In this document: positions 26,846 to 37,882 of the stretch, one piece after another
Layout of the letters: each line of letters starts with the position of its first letter
Position numbering within the stretch: the first letter of the stretch is position 1
NCBI GenBank assembly: GCA_973895155.1
Contig: OZ316896.1
Coordinates: 5,942,166 to 6,006,165, forward strand
Direction: 5' to 3'
From: Marsupella aquatica
Taxonomy: Eukaryota > Plantae > Marchantiophyta
DNA length: 64,000 bases
Program-made: the position numbers and the translations under genes
Notes under the pieces: generated by a model
What the model saw: only the letters and a program-made list of their open reading frames with translations
Told to the model about the DNA's origin: nothing
Databases searched by the model: none

Positions 26846-27526
26846 ATGGCACGCCCTAAAATCCGAGCCAAGAAGCGGGGGACAGAGGTGAGCAACACAG
26901 GTGTAGTTGGGCCAGATGGTAGTAACTTCTCCGCAAGTCAGATTTTCCAGAAGGCAGCTCATTGTTGTGCCATTTGTAACGATGGTGGTGGCTTAGCCAT
27001 ATGTGAGGGCCCTTGCATGAGGCATTTCCACCTCAACCCGGAGTCTGACCTTGCTGCAGAAAACAACTGTCCAGGGGTGGGCCTCCCGTCAGCACACCAG
27101 GGAGGCTGGATGTGCACTGATTGTTTGGAGAAGTAGGCTAAGTGTGCACAGTGTGGGAAGTTGGGGTCTTATGAGGGCTCTGTTGATGCTCCACCACTTG
27201 TTAGGAAATGCCCTGACAGATATTGTGTGAGGTTCTTTTGTTTTTCATGTTTGCCCGATCTTGCCACAGCTTGCCCACTTCATAAGTGCAAGGCATGTGG
27301 TCAGCACGATGAAGATTTCTGGGTGGACATAGTCCACTGTGTTAGGTGTCCCACCATGTGGCACTTTCATTGTTTGAAGGAGCGTCAAGCAGAAGGCTAT
27401 GCTTGTGACAGACACATCTATGATCACTCTGCACATGGTGTTGATCGATGGATCTTCTATTGTCATCGCCATGCCATAGATCCTACTTTGCACACTCCCA
27501 TGAGAGATCACATTTCTTGGCTTTGA
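26846..27526 (+). pseudogene. EDM2/NSD-type tandem PHD-finger protein (one premature stop)
   Basis: CAICNDGGGLAICEGPCMRHFHL, CTDCLEK*AKCAQCGKLGS, CPLHKCKAC, CVRCPTMWHFHC and IFYCHRHAIDPTLHTPMRDHI follow the order of the plant EDM2 PHD region as I recall it. A single TAG at 27134-27136 joins two in-frame ORFs. Confidence 0.8.
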
Positions 27527-28124
27527 ACCTGAATAATATACATGCATAGTGCACCTGATGTGGATACCTTGGAGATTGCAGACATTCCAATTTTGAGAAG
27601 AAGGACCTCTGTAGGAGAGGATGCTTAGGCAACAAGTACCCTAAGTTCATTACTTGTTCCTGGGTACATGCCTTCAAAAACTGCCCTTAAGCCTTCTAGG
27701 AACTTTTTTAACTCTGCAATCATTTTGATCACGACTTACATGACACTGCTTAAATTAAATCAGGACTTCTCATTATGAGCATATAAGTTACAAGGCTATT
27801 TAATTTGCGAGAATTCCCTTAAAGTGTACCAACATTTTGTATTCTCATTGAATGTATGCCCATTTACAACATCTGTATGTGGCATCACAAAACAATTGCA
27901 CTTGTCACCTTCAATATTGTGAAGGCACATATTCAAACTATGAGGTGCATGCTTGCAGGTGTCTAGTACGTTTGTCCCAATATTTCTCCCGTTTGGAATC
28001 GGAGCAGAGACTCACCAGACGACTGGACTGGACCAAGTTATAAACGCAGCATTTTAAGGGCCCTCCGATTATCAGGTGAACGCATTATCTTCTGGTCTGC
28101 AGTGATTAGGTGGCCCGTGTGTAC

Positions 28125-28972
28125 ATGGCCTCTAGGAAACGTACAAAGGTTGACCACCCGCCTCTGTTGGCTGGAATCAAAGCCATTTTGATTCCTGGCC
28201 ACTATGGGTTCACCCAAGTGAGTTGGCCAATCGTACAAAAACGATTCTCAGAGTTCCATGGGACTGAAGTCAAGGACATCACTCCACAGACTACACATGT
28301 TGTTGCGGGGACATGGCTGGATGTGATGAACAAGTGGTCATGGTCCTTCATTGATTCTGCCATTACCAACCAAGGTCTAAAAGTAGTTGAAGTCTCTTGG
28401 CTGACCGATTCTGTTAAACATAGGTGTGTACAGAGTACTGAGCAATATGAGTTGTGGGAGAGTGAGGAGGCCACTGCAGAGGCTTTGGCTGAAAAGGAAG
28501 CCTATGAAGCAGCGGCAGAGAAACCCAACTTTGCTTCTGTCCAATATGGACCTGTTGTCAACATAGGACACCATCCTATGCGTGCAGATGCTATATTGAA
28601 TGAGCATGCAAGGAGAGAAATACCATTATGAAGGGGTTCAGTGTGGTATTTGCAGAAGAAGGTATTGGGGAGACTAAGTGCAGACTGTACAAGTCTATAG
28701 TTGTTGAGCTAGGTGGGACAGTGGAGGAGAGTCTAACAGAAACCTCCACTCATGTTGTAGGTCTGTCATACATGAAAATATGCAGAAAATTCTTTAAGAC
28801 AACAGTGCGTGATTTTGTCATGAACAACAATCTTTGGGTGCTTTCCCCTGATTGGCTTCTGGAATCAGCAGCTAGAGGGAAGCGACAGAATGCTTGGGAC
28901 TTTGATATTTTTGAGGCCTGGCCCTCCAAGATTCAGCGGAGATGTATGCTTAGCAAAGGTGGGAGAGAGTGA
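28125..28972 (+). CDS. Tandem BRCT-domain protein (two ORFs overlapping at ATGA 28628-28631; probable frameshift)
   Basis: BRCT1: GTEVKDITPQTTHVV...VVEVSWLTDSV...EQYEL. BRCT2: KGFSVVF...LGGTVEESLTETSTHVV...VLSPDWLLES. N-terminal RKRTK is NLS-like. Confidence 0.75.
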
Positions 28973-29148
28973 GGAGTAGGAGTCCCTCATATTTTTGTAT
29001 AAAACACAATTTTGTAATAAATGTGATCCTTGAACTAACTCATCTTGTCATGGTTGGTCGCAGTTGAAGTGATTGTTGTTTCCTGCTGCGTGGGGTGTGA
29101 CTGTGAATCTACTTGTTGGGCTCTATTTGGCTGAAGACTTTGGTGGGT

Positions 29149-29655
29149 ATGCTGCCTCTTCCAGACCGTCAGGCCCTATGTAGGGTCCTTCTACGGGTTG
29201 CATCGTGCATGGCTACTGCTTGGGCTTACTTGTGTGGATTGGTAACCAGACAAAGTGTAGCTCCATCCGAGATAATGCCTGCAGACCTTGGATGTGTTGT
29301 GAATGCTGTGGTGAATGAGGATGCACAGTCGGAAGAGGACATTTACTTTTCAGCAGATGAGTTAGACAAGCACGATGCTGTAGGTGGTTCCTTGTTGCCT
29401 GATTTGGCAGATGATATAGTTCTTACACATGTCTGGCCGAGGGTTCTTGTGGTGTCTGGCGCACAAGATATCTGCAAATATAGACTAATTAGTACCCAGT
29501 GGAGGGACTTGGTAGCAACATGTGCACCATGGAGGGCACTGCTGCCACTGCTTGTAGGCACGGATCGAAGACCACCATGGCATGAGCAGGGTTTAGACCT
29601 TGATGACTTAATGTACATGCCTGAGTACCTCAGGGCTGAGTGGCATCGACAATAG
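29149..29655 (+). CDS. F-box-like small protein
   Basis: LLPDLADDIVLTHVWPRV...YRLISTQWRDLV matches the plant F-box pattern LLPGLPDDI...RLVSRxWRxLV. Open frame. Confidence 0.65.
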   Translation: MLPLPDRQALCRVLLRVASCMATAWAYLCGLVTRQSVAPSEIMPADLGCVVNAVVNEDAQSEEDIYFSADELDKHDAVGGSLLPDLADDIVLTHVWPRVLVVSGAQDICKYRLISTQWRDLVATCAPWRALLPLLVGTDRRPPWHEQGLDLDDLMYMPEYLRAEWHRQ

Positions 29656-30008
29656 GATTGGTATCCGTATTTGATGTGGTAGTAAGATGAGGACATCTCA
29701 CACCGGTCTCGCACCTGGCACCTGTGTCTATGACTATACATGATTGGACTCTGATATGGTCATGGATGTACGTGCAGAGGCAGTACATGTGAGGACAGCG
29801 GAGGAGTTGACACCCTCAAACATTTAGGAATTTTGTCTCATTCACTTGAGAATAGGTACATGACTCAGGCACCTATATTTTTTGTTTTTTTGTTTTTTTG
29901 GAACGTTACGTATTTTGGCAAGTACAGTCGGGGGTGAAATCCTTAACAGGAAGTGTATTTTTCACTTGCATAATAAAATGACAGGGTGCTAAGTGCGTGT
30001 GTATAGTG

Positions 30009-33000
30009 ATGGCTCCAAGGTTGCCTCTTCACAACCCATTTAGGATTAGGCATCATGATTCTAAATTGTGGATGCGTGAACAAGCCCGGGCCGCCCAAGG
30101 TAGGAGTAGGAGGATGAGATGCCCATGCACACAGTGCCAAGGATTCAAGTCGTTGAGTTTGAACACTATGCACCTTCACCTGCTGCGGCATGAAAGGCAC
30201 CCTCGGTGGAGGGTTTGGAATGTACCAGCAGAAGAAGACTCCTCTGATGAAGAGTGGAGAGCTGACTTTGTGGATTCTTATACAGCTAGGCGTAGAGACT
30301 ACGTAGAGCAGGACATAGACTGTGCAGAGGATGGTCCTGGGGTCCAACATGAGAACGTGGATGACCAAGATGGAGATGCAGAGGCAGTCACTGAGGACGG
30401 TGGGATGGATGTCCCAAGAATGGTTCAAGAGATTTTTGAAGACCTTGATGCTTTTTACGACACAGTGGAATCAGAAGAGGACAATGAACCGCAGCCACAC
30501 ATTGGCGACGGCCAAGCTCAACCTGACTTTGACATTGGGGAAGGTGCAGCAGAGAGGGAGTGGGTGTTTGGGGGCCCAAAACACATCAAAGAAGCTTGCA
30601 TTCCTATCTACGAGGGGTCGAACTGCTCCAAGCTGGGTTTTGTCGTGTTGTTGTTGAACATCTGTGGCAATCACAATGTTCCCAATATATTTGTGACAGA
30701 GTTGTTGACCTTCTTGCACCGAAATGTGTTACCAGATGGTAATTCAATTCCAAAAAATATGTACGAGGCTAGGAAATTGATGTCTAACCTTGGGCTGAAC
30801 TATGTGTCTATTGACGCATGCCCTGATGGGTGTGTTCTCTTTCGCAAAGAGCATGCAGATAAATTGACATGCCCTCATTGTGGTAAGCACAGGTACAAGA
30901 ATGTAGGGAAATGTACACACCCTGCCAAGGTTCTTCGTCATTTTCCTCTCATTCCTAGACTACAACGTCTGTTTAGATGCCCTGCCATTTCCAAGCTGAT
31001 GACATGGACTCCTGATAACAAGAGCAGTGATGGCCTGCAGCGTCACATTGGAGATTCCAACCATTGGAAATTTGTTGATGAGAGGTGGCCACAGTTTGCT
31101 TCAGAGAAGCGGAACTTTCGATTTGGTCTATCACTGGATGGAGTAAACCCATTTGGAGACAAAAACAACCGTTATTCATGTTGGCCGGTTACGCTGCTAA
31201 ATTACAACCTTCCCCCATGGATGACTACAAAGAGGTTTTTTGTCATGATGGTGCTGTTAATCCCTGGACCAGCTTCTGTGACCGAGCAATTCATAGATAT
31301 CATGTTGGCTCCAGCAGTGGAAGAGTGGAAGACTTTGTGGATAGAAGGGGTGTTAACCCATGATGTTCTGAAGGGGCTTCTTCGACCCAGCCCCTTTAGA
31401 CTGCATGCAATTTGTTTGCTGGATATAGCAGATTACCCAGGCCATGGCATCTGGACGAGTGACAAAGGGCTATGTGGGGTGCACACCATGTGGGAAAAAT
31501 GTGACAAGTGAGTGGTCGCATGCCCTGCACAGTATGAAATTTCAGGGGCATAGAAGGTATCTGCCTGTTGATCATCCTTATAGGCACACACGGTCTCAAA
31601 TTGCACACTTCAACAACAAAACAGAGCTTCGTGGCCCACCACAGAGGGTCACCAGAGAGCAAGTCCTGAGGTGGGCAGCCAGGAAGGCTGATTGGGACAA
31701 GAGAAGTGCCACTGATCGAGAACCTGAGGATCCAGTGGTGAAACACGGTGTGAAAAGACAGACCTTGATGGACTTGGAGTTGGAGTACTGGAGGGTAATG
31801 TACTTAGCCTCCAGCCCCTGTATGATTGCAATTTTAGATTGGAGCAATGGTGGATTGATGTTGGTTACAATCCTCCTATGTGGTTAATTAGTGTTTCTGT
31901 TGTTGAATTCTTTGCTTTGTGGAGTGCAGGAATTCGAGCCCAGCAAACACAATGTGGACGTCATGCACATTGAGAAAAATATTTGTGAGAGCTTGCTGAA
32001 GTTCTTGTCGGGTGAGAAAGATACAGGAGCAGTTCGAGCTGATATGCAACAGAAGGGGATTCGCCCTCACCTTTGGTTGAAGCCCCATGCAAGCAATCCC
32101 AATGTACTTCTCAAGTTCCAAGCTCCCTATGTGTGCACACAGGATGAATGGAAGACATTCTTGTATAGATTGAGCTGTCTGAAAGTGCCCTCTGGCTATG
32201 CTGGTGCCTTCAAGAAGCATATTACAAAGAATAAACTTGGCAGTATGAAAACACATGACTACCATGTGTTGATGCAACACATTCTGCCCCTATGCCTCAG
32301 AGGTCTCATGCAGAAACTAGTCCGTAATGTCATTCTTCGACTGTGCAATGTATTTCGCCGTATATGTGTGAAAGTGTGGGATCCCCAAGGATTGGAGCAG
32401 TTGAAGCAGGATGCTGCTTATGTCCTCTGTGACTTGGAGATATACTTCCCCCCTGCTTTCTTTGATGTTATGACTCATCTCCTAATCCATGTGGTAGAAG
32501 AGCTAGGGCAGTATGGGCCAGTCAGTACCAGATGGATGTACCCTATGGAGCGATACATGAAGTTGTTGAAAGGTCATGTGAGAACATACTACAGGCCAGA
32601 GGCTTCCATGGCATTGGGGTACATTAAGGATGAGACGTTGGGATTCCTAACAGAGTACATGGCTGGGTCTGGTGAAGCTATGACAAGAGTTTGGAAATCT
32701 GGTGAAGATGATGGAGTGAGTGGCGAGGTTGTTGAAGGTGTGGGACATGCTGTTCAGCTGCCTGTTGCAATTCGAGACAAGGCTCATTCATATGTGCTGG
32801 CAAACACAGAGCCTATGCAACCATGGTGGAGGTGAGTGATTGAATTGACTTGCCTTTGTTGTGATGCTTCTTGTCTGTTCCAAGGGTGATCTTAGGTTGT
32901 CATGTGTTGTTTAGACCTAACTATGCCTGTACCTCATAATGCAGGGAATATGATATGCAAAAAGCTGCACACTCTGGGCAGCAGGATCCCTTCCCACAGT

Positions 33001-33704
33001 TCGAGCAGTGGATTCGGGTGACAATTCGAGAGCATAGTAGACATCACCCAGATATGGAGAAGGATTTGTATCTTCTATCTGTGCCACCACGATTGTCTAT
33101 TCTGACCTACAAACGGATGAGAGCTTATGGAAATCATTATCGAGTGAGGGATGAGCAGGGTGACCATTGTGTATCATATGATTGTGGTTTGATTTCTGTG
33201 TTTGAGCAGAGAACCTCTGAAGAACAGAGGGGGTGGATGAAGATGGGTTACGTGGGGGAGTTGACCGACATTTGGGTGTTGAATTATGGTAACACAAGTG
33301 TCCCAGTGATATTGATGAAGGGATCATGGGTGAAATCAGAGTGGCAGAGACCAAGGGCCACCATGAAGCGTGATCATGATGGGTTCTTGTTGGCCAATTT
33401 TAGGTCCAGAGTACTAGAATGGTATGAGCCTTTTGTTTTCCCTAGCCAAGTTGAACAGGCTTTCTTTGCAGATGTGGAGGAGTCACATGGTTGGAGGGTG
33501 GTATGCCATAGCCAAGCACGGAACAGGCGGATGGATGGAAGTAAAGTAGAGTTCAGTTTGGATGACCATGCTGCATTCGAGCATCCTAGTCATGAGACTG
33601 TACTTCCAACTCGAGCAGGGACTGACTACATCCCCTTAACATTGAGAGAGACATATGATGAACCTGGGCAAATGGAATATGATGAGGTTGATGATTTGCA
33701 ATAG
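30009..33704 (+). pseudogene. CACTA transposase TnpD (Tnp2/Transposase_21 + DUF4218 + DUF4216-type), one frameshift
   Basis: RCPCTQC, IDACPDGCVLF, LRHFPLIPRLQRLF, LSLDGVNPF, YNLPPW, DYPG, HNVDVMHIEKN, KTHDYHVLM, FPPAFFDVMTHL, WMYPMER, EPFVFPSQVEQAFF. Introns 31795-31929 and 32832-32944; frameshift near 31442. Confidence 0.95.
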
Positions 33705-33881
33705 GCAACAGCTGGCGATTGGCAAGTATGAGGTTGAGGATGACTACCTGCACAGAGTCACATAACGGGAATTGCTGCCTGGAATGATGTTTAGGATAGT
33801 TGGATATGCATGAAATTGATTGATACTTTGAATTTAGTGTGTTGATTCTCCCTGTTTGGTTGTGGGTGCTGTGCAGAAGCT

Positions 33882-36800
33882 ATGGGGGAAGAGGGTGATG
33901 ACATGGAGACAGACATGGGGCTTGGAGAGTGGGGTGAAGAGGAAAGATTGGATATGGATGGAGACCCAGATGCAGGGGGCTCACAGAAAAATGCACCTGT
34001 GCAAGATGCACAGGGCCCTCATCAAGTCCCAGGTAGGTGGGCAGCTAGAGAGAAATCACATAATCCATACCCTAGAAGGAGCCAGAGTTATTGGCAAGGG
34101 ACGCCTGATAATTATGATGATGACTATGATGGAGCAGAAGATGGATGGGATGAATATGAACACCCAGAGCGTGGTAGAGACGGGTACAGAGGGCAATGGA
34201 AAGGTGAGGAGGATGATTGGACAAGTAAGTGCCTTGTGCTAGTGATTTTGTGATGGTAGTAGAGATTTAGCTCAATATGCACTTATCTGATGTGTAGCTA
34301 GGGCAAAGAGTTTATCTTACAGGTCCATGAGTGTGGCATGTACCTGTTGGTATGCAGACTCTGATTGGGACAATCACGAAAACAACAAAGGCCATCCACG
34401 TTCAGATAGGAGGCAATCATTCACAGGCGGGAGAAACGCCCCTAATTCATCAAGACAAAGCAATAGGACAGGTGGTCCAGAACCATCTATGCGCCAAGGG
34501 AGAGGTAACTTGGTCATTGCAGAATTGCTCTGAAGTCCACTGTATATTTGGCAGCGGGATTTATGATTCATACTTACCTAATGTAAGTGACTGTAAATGG
34601 ATCCTGTAAATGTGCAGGGACTCCAGGGAGGTTTGGACAATGCAATCCAGGCCGTGGGGGGAGATCAGGCCGTGGAGGGACCCCAGGCCGTGGGGGGACA
34701 CCAGGCCATGGAGGGACACCTAGTAGCGCTTCAGGGAGTACCAAGGCAGGAGACAGTAACAAATTTGGTAAAGTAGAAGTGAATTCCGAAGGTTGGATAA
34801 CTCCCACATGTGATGGTAAGAACCGTTGGCATTCTGACCTAAGAGGAGAAGTATTGCGTTGGTTAGATTTGAGCATTACAGAGTTTAGGAGTCAGAACAA
34901 AGCTGATTGGGCTGCTATCTGCAAGGACATTCTTGAACGGTGGGAGTATGTTGGTAATGATGGTAAGGGCCCAGTTGAAGATTGCATATCAGATTATGCA
35001 ATGAGGATTTTGAAACAAGAGAGGCATAGGTTGAAAAGGATGTGGATAGACAATGGTTCTAACAGGAGAATGCCACCACCCCCATCATTGGAACTGGATC
35101 AATGGACACGGTTAATCAAAGGGTTCATGTCGGAGGCTGGACAGAGCAAGAGTGAACTGATGTCAAATGCTCGAGGCAAAGTGAAACACCTTTCACAGGC
35201 TGGGAGAGGAAGTTATGCTCCAGTGAAAGAACAATTGGTAAGGCAGTGACATGCCTGATAGTAAGCCTCAAACTTATCATCTTGCTACCATTATTACATT
35301 TTCATTGACAATCAACACTTGGTTTCATTCATATGTATGTTGATGTGGACTGCAGAAGAAATTGACAGGTGAAGAACCATCAGCACAAGAAGTGAGAGAG
35401 GAGTTCATGAAACAAAGGAGTGAGGTGACAAGTGTAACTTCCAAACAGGTGATTATGTTGTAATTCTGTATGTTCTGTGACTATTTGGCCTTGAGCATCA
35501 GAAAAAAATGTAGTAGGAAGTAAGCAACCAGTTCTTGGGGACAGTTATCTGAGATATGTAAGCTGTGTTATGACAGGGAACTGTTACAACTCTCACAGAG
35601 ATGTGTGAACGGTTGAAGTCATTAGAGTGTGGACTCCCTCGAGTGGAAAGTAAATTGGCTGATCATTTGGATATTGTGGAGGCATCTGTAGCGAACCTTC
35701 TTGCATCAGTGGAATCTAATTTCAAGCTTGTGATTGAAAAATTGGGTGGTTCCCAACCAAACAATGAGGGCAACATTGTACAAAGTGTGCCCTTGTTAAC
35801 AAAAAAGGGAATTGGCAAATCTGACACAGGTATGGAAATGACACCGGCCCATTGTTCATTGTGTCCTATGTTCAAATGTTAGAAGTAAGTTTTCATGAAT
35901 TGAGTGAATGGTTTGAATGCAGGAAGAGTGGAGGCAGAGAAGGACCCTGTAATCAGTAAGCAGAAGGGCAAGAAGGTTGCTGAGACAGGTAACCTGCTAT
36001 GATCCAGTACATTACATTTGAAAAGTGCATGGAGTTTTGTGAAGCTTAAGCCGGTTGGAGGTAATCTTTTCTGTAAGAACTGGTTGGATGAACTGGGATC
36101 TGAAGTGACATCATGATTGATGTATCAGGTGATTCAAAGAGCAATAATGAAGAAGATGTGCCCAGTGCCTCAGTGACCATAGCCAAGGAGGTATCAGGTA
36201 AGCTGATGCTTTAAATTCCTCTATATGAATGTTGAGCAACAATTCAGTGGTTAATAGATTCAACCTGAATATTGTGGTGTGTTTATTGATCAACAGAAGC
36301 AGACATGGAGCATATGGCAATGGCAAAGAAGGGGAAGAAGGCTGTTCATAATGGTAAGGAGATAGTGACAACTTTGTGGTTGGTGACATGTACATTTAGC
36401 ACATGTGATGAGTGATTGACTTATGTTGGACATGACACTGAATTGTAGTTGATGCAGAGTTGACAGACTCTCAACCAAGTGGGAGTAGGGTGAAGCGACG
36501 TCGAAACTTGGGAGCAACATTGGATGCAAGTAAGATTGTAGATGCTTCAATTGAAGCAAGTACAATGTTGGCAGATACTGAGATGATGTCGCAGGGAAAT
36601 CCTGCTACACAATCAGAAGTGTCAAATATGGATGCAGATTCTTTGAAGAAGAGTGTAGCCAATTCTCGATCACCAGCACAAAACACTCGTGCCAAAGTCA
36701 TGACTCGCAACCAAGGTATGAATAATGTCATGTATAAGCCACCCAGGAAAGCCAAGAAAAACAGCCAGGGTAAGGTGGAGGTGATAGCCACAGCAGAGCC

Positions 36801-37053
36801 AGTCCATAATCTTCTATCATGGGAGGATGACTCGTAGGTATGTGTGGGTACAGGCATTTTGCGACCGGATCATGCAAAATTCCATGGCAAAGTGGTCTCG
36901 GATGACCATGTAGTAGTGTTGTTGACTACAATGATTGTATCTGATTGTAATTTGCCATTTCTGAATAGAGACGATGATCCACCTCAGGAAATAATTGCAG
37001 ATGCAGTAGGATCTCTTGTGCTCTGGCCATCAGAGTGTGTTAGTCTGCAGTGA
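33882..37053 (+). pseudogene. CACTA TnpA-like multi-exon gene
   Basis: Transposase_24-like block (QWTRLIKGFMSEAGQSKSELMSNARGKVKHLSQAGRGSY), RGGTPG repeats, C-terminal FHG...DAVGSLVLWP domain, GT-AG introns, in-frame TAG at 36835. Confidence 0.8.
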
Positions 37054-37882
37054 CTGAATGCAAGTGTAGATAGCATCATGTGAATTGTGTCACATTTTGA
37101 CATTGCCTTGGAAAGATCCAAGAAATATCTGTACCAATTTTTCCATTTGGTAAAGAGGATGAAGGAGACGTTGTGTGTGACATTGATATTTCTGAATTCT
37201 GTATGTATGAAACAAGTGATTGATGTCAAACTATGGCTCTATGGTGATTGTCTATGATACTTGAATCTATTTTATCATTTCAGTATTAGTGTGTATGGTA
37301 TAGAGGAATACTTTGTGACTTTCTTTGTAGTCTATGAAGTTTGAATCTGTGAATTCATATTAGTGTACATGGTATAGAAGATGGCTTTCTGAAACTATGT
37401 ATTCTAATGTTAACATGATGAATGGTGAACTTATAGAGTGAGTTCATTCCAAGTACACAATAAAACATGAATGCAATATGTTATTTGTGCACAAGAGTGG
37501 GTTCATTCCAAGTAGTATAGTGGGGTCTTCATCACTCATATCCAGTTGACATAAAAGACTTATACATACCCCACAAAGTATATTTAAAGACTACCCTCCA
37601 TAACCTTTTTAGTCGTTCCCAACGACTCATCATCGCAGCCCATAAAAGACTAAAAACGACTCACCAAAGCTACCCACACAAAGACTAAAATAGACTGAAA
37701 ATCCAGTCTATTAAACGACTTATAAACCAGTTCTATAAAGGACTCAGTTGATTATAGTAACAAAACATACGACTCGCAGTCCTATAAAGGACTAGAGTCC
37801 TTCCCAGTCGTTTCCAAGTCCTATACGGTACTGAATAGTCGTTTAATGGGGTCTAAATACCCCCCGGTTTCTACTAGTGTAA

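Larger units (their letters stand above)
21284..37879 (+). mobile_element. CACTA (En/Spm) DNA transposon, 16,596 bp, with cargo genes
   Basis: Perfect 18-bp TIRs CACTAGTAGAAACCGGGG (21284-21301 / 37862-37879), each followed by ATTTAGACC. 3-bp TSD TAA (21183-21185 / 37880-37882). GACT/AGTC subterminal repeats at about 21310-21440 and 37555-37860. TnpD and TnpA genes present. Confidence 0.95.
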
